A stretch of 64,000 nucleotides of DNA from an uncultured Gemmatimonadales bacterium. GTDB taxonomy: Bacteria > Gemmatimonadota > Gemmatimonadetes > Gemmatimonadales > GWC2-71-9. The stretch lies in NCBI GenBank assembly GCA_963730185.1, contig CAVSQW010000014.1:224001-288000 (forward strand). Direction: 5' to 3'. Each line of letters starts with the position of its first letter. Position 1 is the first letter of the stretch. Made by a program: the position numbers and the translations under genes. A model generated the notes under the pieces. It had not been told where the DNA came from. It saw only the letters and a program-made list of their open reading frames with translations, and did no database searches. Shown piece by piece: positions 48,122 to 61,184 of the stretch.

Positions 48122-49375
48122 TCAGAATGGAGGGTCGGCCTGGTGGACCGGTCCGTCGAGCGGGAGCGCGGCGATCTCGGCACCGGCGGGTGTCTGGTGC
48201 TGGCCCTCGGGGATGATCAGGAGGACGTTGGCTCGGAGCATCGAGGTCAGGATCCCGGAGCCCTGCGGCCCCGCGAGCCGGGCTTCCCGCCGCTCCGGTG
48301 GGCCCGACACGATGCCCCGGAGGAAGTGCTGGAGCGTCGGGCCCAGGCGGATCGGCTCGCTCAGGCGGGCCGAGACCGCGGCTCGGAAGGGGAGCCGGTG
48401 GCCCATCAGGGTCCGGATCGCCGGCCGGACGAAGAGCTCGAAGGTGACCATGGTGCTCACCGGATTGCCGGGGAGGCCGATCCAGGGGACCCCGCCTAAC
48501 GCCCCGAACCCGACCGGCGCGCCGGGCCGCATCCGGAGCTTCCAGAAGTCCACCCGCCCCCCCAGCGATTCGAGGGCCGGCTTGAGGTAGTCGTGCTCGC
48601 CCACGCTGATCCCGGCCGAGGTCACCAGCAGGTCGCAATCGAGGGCCCGTTCCAGGTGCTCCCGCACGCTGGCCAGGGTGTCCCGGGCGATGCCCACGAC
48701 CACCGGCTGCCCGCCCGCCACGCGAACCAGGGCCCGGAGGGTGTGGGTGTTGGAGCTCGCCGTCTTGGTGCCGGCCAGGATCTCGTCGGGGTGGTCCACG
48801 TCGACGATCTCGTCGCCGCTGGCCAGGATCGCGACCCGGGGCCGCCGGTGCACCACCGGATGGGCCACCGCCAGCGAGGCCAGGACGCCCAGCTCCGCCG
48901 GGCCGAGCTCGGCGCCCGCCTCGAGCACCCGGGCTCCCCTGACCACGTCCTCGCCGGCGGCGCGCCAGTTCACTCCGGCGTCGCGATCGGAGAAGATCGT
49001 CACCGTCCCGGCGCCCTGGTCGGTGTCCTCCTGCCGGATCACCGAGTCGGCCCCGTCGGGCAGCGGCGCCCCGGTGAAGATCCGGGCGCACTCCCCCGGG
49101 CCGATCGCCCGGGTCGGGAAGGCCCCGGCGGGGATCTGCTCGACCACGGTGAGGCGGCGGGGTCGGTCCCGGGTGGCGCCACTCACGTCGGCCGCCCGGG
49201 TGGCGTAGCCGTCCATGGCGGAGTTGGTCCGGAAGGGGATGTCGATCGGACTGGTGACGGATTCGGCGAGGACGCTGCCGAGAGCGTCGTCGAGCGGCAC
49301 CCGGAGGGGCGGCTGGACCGTGAGCGAGCCCTGGATCGCCAAGGTGGCGTCTCGGGCCGAGAGCGCGGTGCGCAC
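48122..49375 (-). CDS. moeA: Molybdopterin molybdotransferase
   Basis: NSAMDGYA, IFTGAPLP, SGDEI, GISVGEHD, LPGNPVS, QGSGIL. Confidence 0.95.
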   Translation of the reverse strand: MRTALSARDATLAIQGSLTVQPPLRVPLDDALGSVLAESVTSPIDIPFRTNSAMDGYATRAADVSGATRDRPRRLTVVEQIPAGAFPTRAIGPGECARIFTGAPLPDGADSVIRQEDTDQGAGTVTIFSDRDAGVNWRAAGEDVVRGARVLEAGAELGPAELGVLASLAVAHPVVHRRPRVAILASGDEIVDVDHPDEILAGTKTASSNTHTLRALVRVAGGQPVVVGIARDTLASVREHLERALDCDLLVTSAGISVGEHDYLKPALESLGGRVDFWKLRMRPGAPVGFGALGGVPWIGLPGNPVSTMVTFELFVRPAIRTLMGHRLPFRAAVSARLSEPIRLGPTLQHFLRGIVSGPPERREARLAGPQGSGILTSMLRANVLLIIPEGQHQTPAGAEIAALPLDGPVHQADPPF

Positions 49376-49378
49376 CGG

Positions 49379-49900
49379 TCAGTCCTCCACCAGCTTGGCG
49401 CCCTCCCAGACGTAGGAGGCCAGGAGCTGGAGCCACATGGTATCGCTGAAACGGAGCACGGGGCACGTGGCCCCCGGCACGGCGACGTCGGAGGCGATCG
49501 CGACCCAGAGCTCGGGCCGCTCGGCCGAGGCGTAGAGAGGGGCCGGTCCGGTGGTCTTGCGGTACACCTCCACCTTGGGGATCGGGGCCTTCTTGAATCC
49601 TTCCACCAGCACCAGGTCCCGATCCGCGAAGTAGCGCCGCGCCAGGGCTTCCGGGCCGGTGTCGTCGTCGCGCCGCTCCAACACCACCCGGAGCGACGGC
49701 GAGGCGACCAGCACGGCGTCGGCGTGACCTTCGTGGAAATGGCGCCAGCTGTCGGTGCCTTGGCGATCGATGTCGACCGGGTGGGAGGCGTGCTTGATCG
49801 TGGCGACCCGGAGCTTACGGCGCTGGAACTCCCGGGCGAGCGCCACCACCAGGGTGGTCTTTCCCGCGTCCTTGAGCCCTACGATGGAGAGCAGTCGCAT
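49379..49900 (-). CDS. mobB: Molybdopterin-guanine dinucleotide biosynthesis protein B
   Basis: GLKDAGKTT, IKHASH..DID..GTDS, DLVLVEGFK..PKVEV. Confidence 0.92.
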   Translation of the reverse strand: MRLLSIVGLKDAGKTTLVVALAREFQRRKLRVATIKHASHPVDIDRQGTDSWRHFHEGHADAVLVASPSLRVVLERRDDDTGPEALARRYFADRDLVLVEGFKKAPIPKVEVYRKTTGPAPLYASAERPELWVAIASDVAVPGATCPVLRFSDTMWLQLLASYVWEGAKLVED

Positions 49901-49907
49901 GCCTGGG

Positions 49908-50516
49908 TCAATCGGTCTGGGCCCGGATCAGATCGTCGGCGGTGTTGACGTTGAAGAAGAGGCGCTCCGGCTCGCCGAAGGCGCCCACCTCGTCGGCTGA
50001 GAGAATACCCACCCGAACGTCTCCGTGGAAGGCGATGGCGCGATAGTCGCCCCGGGCCAGGGCCCGCTCCATCGCCGGCCGGCAGGCCGGACCGTAGGCG
50101 GCGGCGAGGGGCTCCATCCCCCGGCGCCCGCCGCTGGCTGGGAGCACGGCGTCGGCCTGGCCGAGGCCGGCGGCCAACCGGGCTAGGAGTCCGGCCGGGA
50201 CGAACGGCATGTCCCAGGCCACGGCGAGCACGGGCGCGGGCGCTTCCAGCACGGCGGTGTAGAGGCCGCCTAACGTTCCCGTGTCGGGTCGCCGGTCGGC
50301 CACGACCCGGAGGCCGGGCCGCCAGTCGGCGGCGTCCGGGGCGTTGGCGACCAGGATCGGGAGCCGCCCGGTGGCTTCGGTCAGGGCCTCGACCACCCGG
50401 TCCAGGATCCGCCGCCCGCCCACCCGCTCGAGGCCCTTGGGCCGGCCGCCGAAGCGGGAGGCCGCGCCGCCGGCCAGCACCGCGCCCCGGAGCTCGACCT
50501 CGGGATCAGGGGTCAC
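49908..50516 (-). CDS. mobA: Molybdenum cofactor guanylyltransferase
   Basis: LAGGAASRFGG.PK, GTLGGL, DMPF, EPL..Y, FFNVNT. Confidence 0.9.
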   Translation of the reverse strand: MTPDPEVELRGAVLAGGAASRFGGRPKGLERVGGRRILDRVVEALTEATGRLPILVANAPDAADWRPGLRVVADRRPDTGTLGGLYTAVLEAPAPVLAVAWDMPFVPAGLLARLAAGLGQADAVLPASGGRRGMEPLAAAYGPACRPAMERALARGDYRAIAFHGDVRVGILSADEVGAFGEPERLFFNVNTADDLIRAQTD

Positions 50517-50922
50517 CGGTGCAGCCGGCCGAGAGGGTGGCGTCCTCGGCGACCTCGACCCGGACCAGGCGGACGCCGCTGGGCAGCCGGGGTGCGACCC
50601 GGCGGAACACGTCCCGGGCCAGGGCTTCGCAGGTGGGGAGAATCCCCGCCAGTTCGGGCACGTCGTGGTTCAGGTGCCGGCCGTCGTAGCGGCTCACCAC
50701 CTCGGCGCCCAGCAACCGGTCCAGGGCGGGCAGGTCCATCACCATCGCCAGCTGCTCGTCCACCGAGCCGGTGATGGTCACCGCGCAGCTGTAGAGGTGG
50801 GCGTGACCGGGGGCCTCGGCCGTGCAACCGAACCGGGCTCGGTTCTCGGCCTCGCTCCACTCCGACCGGTAGAGCCGGTGCACCGCGCGGAACGAAACGG
50901 TCCGGGTGAGCCGGATGGCCAC
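50506..50922 (-). CDS. 6-pyruvoyl-tetrahydropterin synthase / QueD family protein with variant active-site motif
   Basis: F.A.HRL..WSEAEN..RFG, GHAHLY, MVMDL, HLN, PTCE. Confidence 0.85.
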   Translation of the reverse strand: MAIRLTRTVSFRAVHRLYRSEWSEAENRARFGCTAEAPGHAHLYSCAVTITGSVDEQLAMVMDLPALDRLLGAEVVSRYDGRHLNHDVPELAGILPTCEALARDVFRRVAPRLPSGVRLVRVEVAEDATLSAGCTGDP

Positions 50923-50934
50923 AGGCCGGGCGGC

Positions 50935-51660
50935 CTAGAAGAACGGGCGGTGGAAGGCAAAGCCGAGGCCGGCGTGGAGCACCGGCACGGGCGACCACTC
51001 TTTGAGCTGGCCGCTCAGGATCGGCGCCAGCGGGCCGAACCCATCCGGGTCGGTGGTCCGGTAGCTGGCGGGGTAGCTGAGATTCCAGAACACCGAGCGG
51101 GCCTCGAGCCGGACATAGAGCCGGCGGGTCAGAAAGGCCCGCACGCCCACCGCCGGCGCCATGTAGAACTTGGTCTTGAGGCTGTAGCCGCTCGAATCGG
51201 AGGGGACGCCCTGCGCGAACGCCAGGCCGATGCCGGCGCTGACGTACGGCGCCAACCCGTGCCAGGTCTTGCCGCCCGTCAGATTGAACTGGAAGACGCC
51301 TTCGGCGAAGGTCACGTTGTTGTCGATCGGCCCTGTCAGGCGGAGCGCCGGGTCGGTGGTCTGGAGGTTGGCCACCTTACGCTGGAGCTGGCCGTACCCG
51401 ACCATGAGCGCCAACGAGAGCGGCCGGTCCGCCAGGAACTCGTGCCGGAGGCTGTAGAAGCGCCCGTCGTGCGGGCCGATCCCGAGCTGCCCGCCGCTCC
51501 CGAACATGTAGCCGGCCGTGGCCGACACGAACTGCGAGTAGCGGAGGTCGCGATAGGGCGAGTGGGCCGGGTCGTGGCCCACCTGCGCCGCGAGCGGTCC
51601 AGCCAACGTGGCGACGAGAAGGCCCGGAAGGGCATGGGCGAACCAGCGGCTGTCAGTCAT
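50935..51660 (-). CDS. Outer-membrane beta-barrel protein
   Basis: Signal peptide, alternating amphipathic strands, PYVSAGIG, C-terminal Phe. Confidence 0.75.
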   Translation of the reverse strand: MTDSRWFAHALPGLLVATLAGPLAAQVGHDPAHSPYRDLRYSQFVSATAGYMFGSGGQLGIGPHDGRFYSLRHEFLADRPLSLALMVGYGQLQRKVANLQTTDPALRLTGPIDNNVTFAEGVFQFNLTGGKTWHGLAPYVSAGIGLAFAQGVPSDSSGYSLKTKFYMAPAVGVRAFLTRRLYVRLEARSVFWNLSYPASYRTTDPDGFGPLAPILSGQLKEWSPVPVLHAGLGFAFHRPFF

Positions 51661-53206
51661 GCGCGTCCTGCGCCAGGCTCCGGCCGGTCATCTCGGCGGG
51701 CTGCTCGAGTCCCAGCAGGTCGAGGATCGTAGGAGCGACATCGCAGAGCGCGCCGCCGGAGCGAAGAGTCGAGGACGGCGTCCCGACCGCCACCAACGGC
51801 ACCGGGTTGGTGGTATGAGCCGTATGGGGCCCGCCGGTCTCGGGGTCGACCATCATCTCGCAGTTGCCGTGGTCGGCCGTGATCAGCAGCCGGGTGCCGG
51901 AGGCCTCCGCCGCCGGGAGGACCCGCCCCAGACACTCGTCGACGGTTTCCACCGCCGTCAGGATGGCCTCGGGCACGCCGGTGTGTCCCACCATGTCGGC
52001 GTTGGCGAAGTTGCAGAGGAAGAAAGCATGCTCCCGCTGGGCCAGCGACTTCACCAGCACGTCGGTGATCCCCCGGGCGCTCATTTCGGGCGCCAGGTCG
52101 TAGGTGGCCACCTTGGGGCTCGGAACCAGAATCCGCTCCTCACCCTGGTACGGCGCTTCCACCCCGCCGTTGAAGAAGTAGGTGACGTGCGGGTACTTCT
52201 CGGTTTCGGCCGTGCGGAGCTGAGTCAGGTTCACGTCGGCCAGCACCTCCGCCAGGATCCGCGCCAGGTTGAACGGCGGAAAGGCCTGGGGCAGGGGGAA
52301 GGTCCGATCGTACTGGGTCATCGTCACGCCCCGGAGATCGGGACGGTCGGAGACGTCGAACCCGTCGAACCCGTCGATGAAGAGCGCCCCCACGATCTGC
52401 CGCATGCGGTCGCTCCGGTAGTTGAAGCAGAGCACGCCGTCGCCGTTCCGAAGCGGGGCGAGCGGCTCCCCATCCTTCTGGATCACGATCGGCTTCACGA
52501 ACTCGTCGGTCTCGCCCCGATCGTAGGCGGCGCCGACGGCGGCCACCGGGTCGGTGGCCGCCCGTCCCTGGCCCCTGACCAGGAGATCGTACGCCAGCTT
52601 GGTCCGATCCCAGCGGCGATCCCGGTCCATGGCATAGTACCGTCCGATCAAGCTCGCGAGGCAGCCCTTCGCCCCCAGAATCCGGGCGATCTCGCCCGCC
52701 AGCTCGCGGACGAATCCCTGCGCCGACTTGGGAAGCGTGTCGCGGCCGTCGAGGAACCCGTGCACCGCCACCCGCGAGACCTCCAGGCGATCGGCCAGCT
52801 CGAGACAGGCCACCAGGTGGCGATCGATGGCATGGACGCCGCCGTTCCCCACCAGTCCCATCAGATGCAGGGTGCCGCCGGTCCGTCGCAGGTACGTTCC
52901 CAGCTCCTGGAAGGGCGCCAGCCGGAAGAAGTCGCCCGATCGGATACTGTCCGAGATCCGCACCAGGTCTTGCTTCACGACCCGTCCCGCACCGAGGTTG
53001 AGGTGGCCCACCTCGCTGTTGCCCATCTGCCCCTCGGGCAGACCGACCGCGAGACCGCTCGCGTCGAGGAGCGTGCGGGGGGCCGAGCGCCAGAGCCGAT
53101 GCCAGACCGGGGTCCGCCCGAGCTCGATGGCGTTGTCGGCTGGGTCGGCACGGTAGCCCCAGCCGTCCAACACGATGAGTGCGACGGGTGGTTGACGGTT
53201 GGACAT
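51653..53206 (-). CDS. gpmI: 2,3-bisphosphoglycerate-independent phosphoglycerate mutase
   Basis: LDGWG, GQMGNSEVGH, GRYYAMDRD, AETEKYPHVT, NADMVGH, TADHGN, HTAHT. Confidence 0.97.
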   Translation of the reverse strand: MSNRQPPVALIVLDGWGYRADPADNAIELGRTPVWHRLWRSAPRTLLDASGLAVGLPEGQMGNSEVGHLNLGAGRVVKQDLVRISDSIRSGDFFRLAPFQELGTYLRRTGGTLHLMGLVGNGGVHAIDRHLVACLELADRLEVSRVAVHGFLDGRDTLPKSAQGFVRELAGEIARILGAKGCLASLIGRYYAMDRDRRWDRTKLAYDLLVRGQGRAATDPVAAVGAAYDRGETDEFVKPIVIQKDGEPLAPLRNGDGVLCFNYRSDRMRQIVGALFIDGFDGFDVSDRPDLRGVTMTQYDRTFPLPQAFPPFNLARILAEVLADVNLTQLRTAETEKYPHVTYFFNGGVEAPYQGEERILVPSPKVATYDLAPEMSARGITDVLVKSLAQREHAFFLCNFANADMVGHTGVPEAILTAVETVDECLGRVLPAAEASGTRLLITADHGNCEMMVDPETGGPHTAHTTNPVPLVAVGTPSSTLRSGGALCDVAPTILDLLGLEQPAEMTGRSLAQDAHD

Positions 53207-53238
53207 GGTCTTGGGCAATCTTCAGGTGATGCGAGGCG

Positions 53239-54351
53239 ATGAACGGGTTGCCGCAATCTAGTCCCAGGCTCCGCCGCCTACCAGCCTTCACGGTAGGGCT
53301 TCTCTGTTGCGTGGTGTCGATCGGCACCGCGCAATCCCGCCTACGCGCCACCTCCGCCACCGGCTTCTTCAAGGATCCTAACGGCATTCGTCTGGCCACC
53401 CTCCAGGACGGGATCGACTACCGGGCCGGCCGGACCAACGCCGGCTGGGTCGAAGTCACCATCGAAGGCTACGTCTGGGCCAAGTCGACCGAGCCGACCA
53501 ACCGCGAAGGCTTCGACCTGATCGTGACCGCCACCGGCGGCGAGGTGCTCCGGGCCAGCCCGAACGGCACCGTGGTTGCCCGGGTGCAGGAAGGCACGCT
53601 GCTCAACAAGGTCGCCACCAAAGGTGCCTGGATTCAGGTCAAGCGGACCGCTTGGGCCACCCGGTCGGGGTTCGCGGACTCGAATCCGCCCAAACAAGTC
53701 GCCCGGGCCGAGCCGACGCCGACGCCGGTGCCTCCGCCCCCGCCGGCGGCCGCGGCCGTGGCCGAGTCCGCCCAGGTCGTCTCGAACGCCGATTCGACCC
53801 CGCCCCAGACCGCGCCGCCGCCCGGTCCCGACCTGGAGCCGGGCACGGCCGGCGAGCGGGCCACGGTCCGTCAGGGCGCCGAGCTCGCCACCCTACCGGA
53901 TGGCGCGCGCCTGGCGGTGCTCGGCAACGGCGGATCGGTGGAGGTGCTGGGCCGCTCGCACGACTGGGTCAAGGTCCGGATCGAGGGATGGATCCGGCAG
54001 TCGGACATCGCCGCGATGGCGGCCCCCGGCCCCCAGATCACCGGGGCCATGCTCCAGGAGGATCCCGCCAAGTACGTGGGCCAGTCCGTCGACTGGCGGC
54101 TCAACTTCCTGGCACTCGAGAAGGCCGACGAGCTCCGCCCCGAGATGCCCCTGGGCCAGCCTTATCTCCTGACCCGGGGTCCGCTTCCGGAGGCGGGCTT
54201 CGTCTACGTCCTCCTCAAGCCCGACCAGCTGAATGATGCCCGGGGCCTCCGCCCGCTGGACGAAATCCGGGTGCGGGGTATCATCCGGGCAGGACGGACG
54301 CGGTATCTGCCGACGCCCGTGGTGGAGCTCACCCGACTGGTCGAGCGATGA
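53239..54351 (+). CDS. Exported protein with repeated SH3b-like domains and a Pro-rich linker
   Basis: Three W(V/I)xV...(G/A)(Y/W) SH3-like units, signal peptide, PTPTPVPPPPP linker. Confidence 0.7.
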   Translation: MNGLPQSSPRLRRLPAFTVGLLCCVVSIGTAQSRLRATSATGFFKDPNGIRLATLQDGIDYRAGRTNAGWVEVTIEGYVWAKSTEPTNREGFDLIVTATGGEVLRASPNGTVVARVQEGTLLNKVATKGAWIQVKRTAWATRSGFADSNPPKQVARAEPTPTPVPPPPPAAAAVAESAQVVSNADSTPPQTAPPPGPDLEPGTAGERATVRQGAELATLPDGARLAVLGNGGSVEVLGRSHDWVKVRIEGWIRQSDIAAMAAPGPQITGAMLQEDPAKYVGQSVDWRLNFLALEKADELRPEMPLGQPYLLTRGPLPEAGFVYVLLKPDQLNDARGLRPLDEIRVRGIIRAGRTRYLPTPVVELTRLVER

Positions 54352-54383
54352 CCGGTCGACCGCCCCAAGGGGCGGGAGGACCC

Positions 54384-56337
<1,954 letters not shown>

Positions 56338-56501
56338 GACCGCGCCGGCCCCACCTGATGCGTGGGGCCGGACGACGAGCTACATTGGGGGTGAGCGTCA
56401 CCTCAGTTGTCTCCCTCGTGCCGGTCTCCTGGCCGGCTCGGCGCCATCGGCGCTAGGGAGAAGCACCGGCAATCGGCGTCCCACAAACAGACGGAGGGTC
56501 T

Positions 56502-58082
56502 TTGGCGACCGAACAACGGGCCCAATGGGGTTCGCGCATCGGGCTCATTCTCGCAATGGCCGGCAATGCGGTCGGCCTCGGCAACTTCTTGCGCTTCCCC
56601 CGCCAGGCGGTTCAGAACGGCGGCGGGACGTTCATGATCCCCTATTTCATCGCGTTTCTGCTGGTCGGCATTCCGCTCATGTGGATCGAGTGGGGCGTCG
56701 GCCGGCACGGTGGGGTCCGGGGTCACGGCTCAGTGCCCGGCATGTTCCAGACCCTCTGGAAGAACCCGATCGCCAAGTACATGGGCGTGCTGGGGTTGTT
56801 CATGCCGCTGGTGGTGCTGATCTACTACTGCTACATCGAGTCATGGACCCTGGCGTGGACGTTCTTCAGCGTGACCGGGGCCACCCGGGGGCTCGATCAG
56901 GCCGGGATGCGGGCCTTCCTGGCGTCGTACCAGGACCTCGGTAACGGCACGATCCACGGGTTCTGGGTGCCGTTCGCGTTCTACTTCGTGACCATCGTCG
57001 TGAATTTCGCGGTGGTGATGAAGGGGCTCTCGGGCGGGATCGAAAAGCTCGCGAAGATCGGGATGCCGATCCTGTTCGTCTTCGCGGCGATTCTGGTGAT
57101 TCGAGTCCTCACGCTCGGACCCCACGCGGTGACGCTGGCCGACGGCACGACCAAGATGTTCAGCCCGATGGACGGGCTCAACTTCATGTATACCCCGGAC
57201 TGGACCAAGCTGGCCGACGCCAAGGTCTGGCTGGCGGCCGCTGGCCAGATCTTCTTCACGCTCTCGGTCGGGATGGGGACCCTCCAGGCGTACGCGTCGT
57301 ACCTCAAGAAGAGTGACGACCTGACGCTCTCGGGCATCGCCACCTGCGCCACCAACGAAACCGCCGAGGTCGTCCTGGGCGGCTCGTTGGCGATTCCGGC
57401 GGTGGTGGCGTTCTTCGGCGTGACCGGCGCCGTGGCGATCGCGAATGGCGGCGGCTACGACCTCGGCTTCGTCTCGATGCCGCTGGTGTTCAATCAGCTG
57501 CCCGGCGGGGCCTTCATGGCCGGCACGGCGGGGTTCATGTGGTTCGGGCTCCTCTTCTTCGCCGGGATCACGTCGTCGGTCTCGATGGCCACCCCGGCGA
57601 TCTCCTTCATGGAGGAGAACTTCGGCTGGACCCGGAAGCGGGCCGGCTTCACCATCGGCGCTGTGGCGGTCGGCATCGGGCTGCTGCACCTGTTGTACTA
57701 CACCGGTGGGTTCCTGGACGAGTGGGACTACTGGGCCGGTACCTTCGGGTTGGTGGTGCTGGCGATGATGGAAACGATCCTGTTCGTATGGGTCCTGGGC
57801 CCCGACAACATGTGGCGTGAGATCCACGAAGGGGCGGCCTGGCAGATTCCCAGGATCTACAAGTTCATCATGACCTACGTCACTCCGGTTTTCCTGGCCG
57901 TGATGATGGTGTGGTGGACGGTCACCGAGGCGATCCCCACCTTGATGATGGACGGGATCGACCCGGCCCAGCACACGACCCGGTGGGCCTCGCGGGGCGT
58001 GATGCTGCTGATTCTCGCTTGCCTGATGATCCTCGTTCGCGTCGCGTGGGCCCGGCGGGCCGCGCGAGGGGAGGAAACATGA
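56502..58082 (+). CDS. Sodium-dependent NSS (LeuT-like) amino-acid transporter
   Basis: GNAVGLGNFLRFP, NGGGTF, AAAGQIFFTLS, FAGITSS; TTG start after GGAGG. Confidence 0.93.
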   Translation: MATEQRAQWGSRIGLILAMAGNAVGLGNFLRFPRQAVQNGGGTFMIPYFIAFLLVGIPLMWIEWGVGRHGGVRGHGSVPGMFQTLWKNPIAKYMGVLGLFMPLVVLIYYCYIESWTLAWTFFSVTGATRGLDQAGMRAFLASYQDLGNGTIHGFWVPFAFYFVTIVVNFAVVMKGLSGGIEKLAKIGMPILFVFAAILVIRVLTLGPHAVTLADGTTKMFSPMDGLNFMYTPDWTKLADAKVWLAAAGQIFFTLSVGMGTLQAYASYLKKSDDLTLSGIATCATNETAEVVLGGSLAIPAVVAFFGVTGAVAIANGGGYDLGFVSMPLVFNQLPGGAFMAGTAGFMWFGLLFFAGITSSVSMATPAISFMEENFGWTRKRAGFTIGAVAVGIGLLHLLYYTGGFLDEWDYWAGTFGLVVLAMMETILFVWVLGPDNMWREIHEGAAWQIPRIYKFIMTYVTPVFLAVMMVWWTVTEAIPTLMMDGIDPAQHTTRWASRGVMLLILACLMILVRVAWARRAARGEET

Positions 58083-58213
58083 AACCCGGCGCCCTGATCT
58101 TCATGCTCTCGGCCTGGACCGTCGTGCTGGGCATCTTGGTCTGGAGCTTCGCGCGGCTGTTGCGGGCCGATCCGGAGCACGAGCACCCGCCCCCGCCGGG
58201 AACGAGCCTCTAG
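58079..58213 (+). CDS. Small single-TM protein (44 aa), MetS-like NSS accessory subunit
   Basis: GGAGG RBS, ATGA overlap, MKPGALIFMLSAWTVVLGILVWSFARLL. Confidence 0.8.
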   Translation: MKPGALIFMLSAWTVVLGILVWSFARLLRADPEHEHPPPPGTSL

Positions 58214-58265
58214 GGGCTCGGCCTTACCCCTTCTCGGTTCCTCGGTTTCCCGAACCCCTGAGGCC

Positions 58266-59699
<1,434 letters not shown>

Positions 59700-59700
59700 G

Positions 59701-59836
59701 GAAAGGGAGACGGGAAGGGACGGGGAGGGATGGCGAGAGACCGGGAGGGATGAGAGGAGACGGGGTTGGTGCGGTTGACCGTCCCACCCCGTCCCCTCCG
59801 TGCCTTCCCCGTCTCTTCCCGTCTCTCCCCACCCCC
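59701..59836. repeat. Long imperfect inverted repeat built of about 10-nt purine-rich units
   Basis: Left arm GGGAGACGGGAAGGGACGGGG..., right arm ...CCCCGTCTCTTCCCGTCTCTCCCC, centre CGGT-TG-ACCG. Confidence 0.75.
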
Positions 59837-59850
59837 CTTACAATCCTCCC

Positions 59851-60888
59851 GTGCCCATCACCCTCACCGCCGAGAAGCTCGCCAACGCCCGTGACCTCGC
59901 GGCCATCCTGACCCCGGGAACGCGCGTGGCCCTCACGACCCACGTCAACCCCGATGGCGACGGGCTCGGCAGCGAGGTCGCGCTGGCGCACCTGCTCCAG
60001 GCCAACGGCGTCCATGTCGCCATTACCAACCCGACCGCCACGCCGCCTCGCTTCGGGTTCCTCTTTCGCAATCTGCCCCGGGTGGACCGCACCGCCGAAG
60101 CGGTGAAAGAGCTCCGCCGCGCCGAGGCGATCGTGGTGCTCGACATCTCCGATCTCGGCCGGCTCGGCATGTTGGCCGATACGGTGCGCGACCGAAACGT
60201 CCGGACCGGGTGCATCGATCATCACGTGAGCCCCGGAACCTTGCCCGCCGGGCCCCGCTACGTCGATCCGACCGCGGCCGCTACCGGCGAGCTGGTCTTC
60301 GAGCTGGCGATGGCGAACGAGTGGGCCGTGACTCGCGAGGTGGCCCGCGCGCTCTACGTCGCCCTCCTGACCGACACCGGCGGGTTCCGATTCAGCAACA
60401 CCCATCCGCGGACCCTCCGGATCGCCGCCGAGCTGCTCGATCGCGGGCTCGATCCGGAGGCGATCTACCTCGACGTGTATGCCGGAGCGCCGGAGGGCCG
60501 GGTGCGGCTGCTCGCCGAGGCCCTGTCCACCCTGGTGGTGGAGCCGGAAACGGGGCTGGCGTGGCTGACCGTGCCGCCCGGGGCGATCGAGCGGCACCGG
60601 GTCAGCAGCGACGACCTCGACGGCGTGGTGGAGCACGCCCGCTCGATCCAGGGCGTTCGCCTGGCGATGCTGTTCCGGGAGATCGCCCACGGCCGGATCA
60701 AGGTGTCGCTCCGCTCGGTGGGGCCCGTCGATGTCGCCGCCTTCGCCCGGCAGTTCGGCGGTGGCGGGCACACCAAGGCGGCGGGACTGTCGATGGAGGG
60801 GTCGCTCGCCTCGGTTCAGGAGCGGGTGCTCGAGGCGGCCCGTGAGTATCTGGGCGCCCGGCACGAAGCCGGCGTGACCTCTCCCTGA
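59851..60888 (+). CDS. nrnA: DHH/DHHA1 nanoRNase / pAp phosphatase
   Basis: HVNPDGDGLGS, IDHH, TDTGGF, SLRS, GGGGH. Confidence 0.92.
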   Translation: MPITLTAEKLANARDLAAILTPGTRVALTTHVNPDGDGLGSEVALAHLLQANGVHVAITNPTATPPRFGFLFRNLPRVDRTAEAVKELRRAEAIVVLDISDLGRLGMLADTVRDRNVRTGCIDHHVSPGTLPAGPRYVDPTAAATGELVFELAMANEWAVTREVARALYVALLTDTGGFRFSNTHPRTLRIAAELLDRGLDPEAIYLDVYAGAPEGRVRLLAEALSTLVVEPETGLAWLTVPPGAIERHRVSSDDLDGVVEHARSIQGVRLAMLFREIAHGRIKVSLRSVGPVDVAAFARQFGGGGHTKAAGLSMEGSLASVQERVLEAAREYLGARHEAGVTSP

Positions 60889-60945
60889 CGGGTTGATATA
60901 TTGCCGACTGGACCCGCGGCGAGAGGAGCGGCAGGCTTGGACACA

Positions 60946-61167
60946 ATGGATCGAATCGAGGCGGCGCTGGACTCGCTCCGGCCCTACATCGCCTCGCATC
61001 GGGGCTCGGTCGAGGTCGTCGACTTCGACGAGGACGACGGGCTCTTGACCCTTCGCTTGGGCGGCACCTGTCAGGGCTGCTCCGCCGCGACGGTCACCCT
61101 CCGCCAGGGCATCGAGGTCCGGCTCCGGGAGTCCGTCCCGGAGGTTCGTACCGTACAGGCCCTCTAG
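60946..61167 (+). CDS. NifU/Nfu-type Fe-S carrier (single domain)
   Basis: LRPYI..H.G.VE, GTCQGC, TLRQGIE. Confidence 0.9.
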   Translation: MDRIEAALDSLRPYIASHRGSVEVVDFDEDDGLLTLRLGGTCQGCSAATVTLRQGIEVRLRESVPEVRTVQAL

Positions 61168-61184
61168 CAAATCGAGGCCCCACC

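Noticed and set aside
56343..56371. Hairpin CCGGCCCCAC/GTGGGGCCGG after guaB
   Set aside because: Plausible 3' stem but has no U-tract; an ordinary feature, not called as a terminator.
59701..59836. CRISPR array
   Set aside because: Units are about 10 nt and degenerate with no unique spacers, and there are no cas genes in the window.
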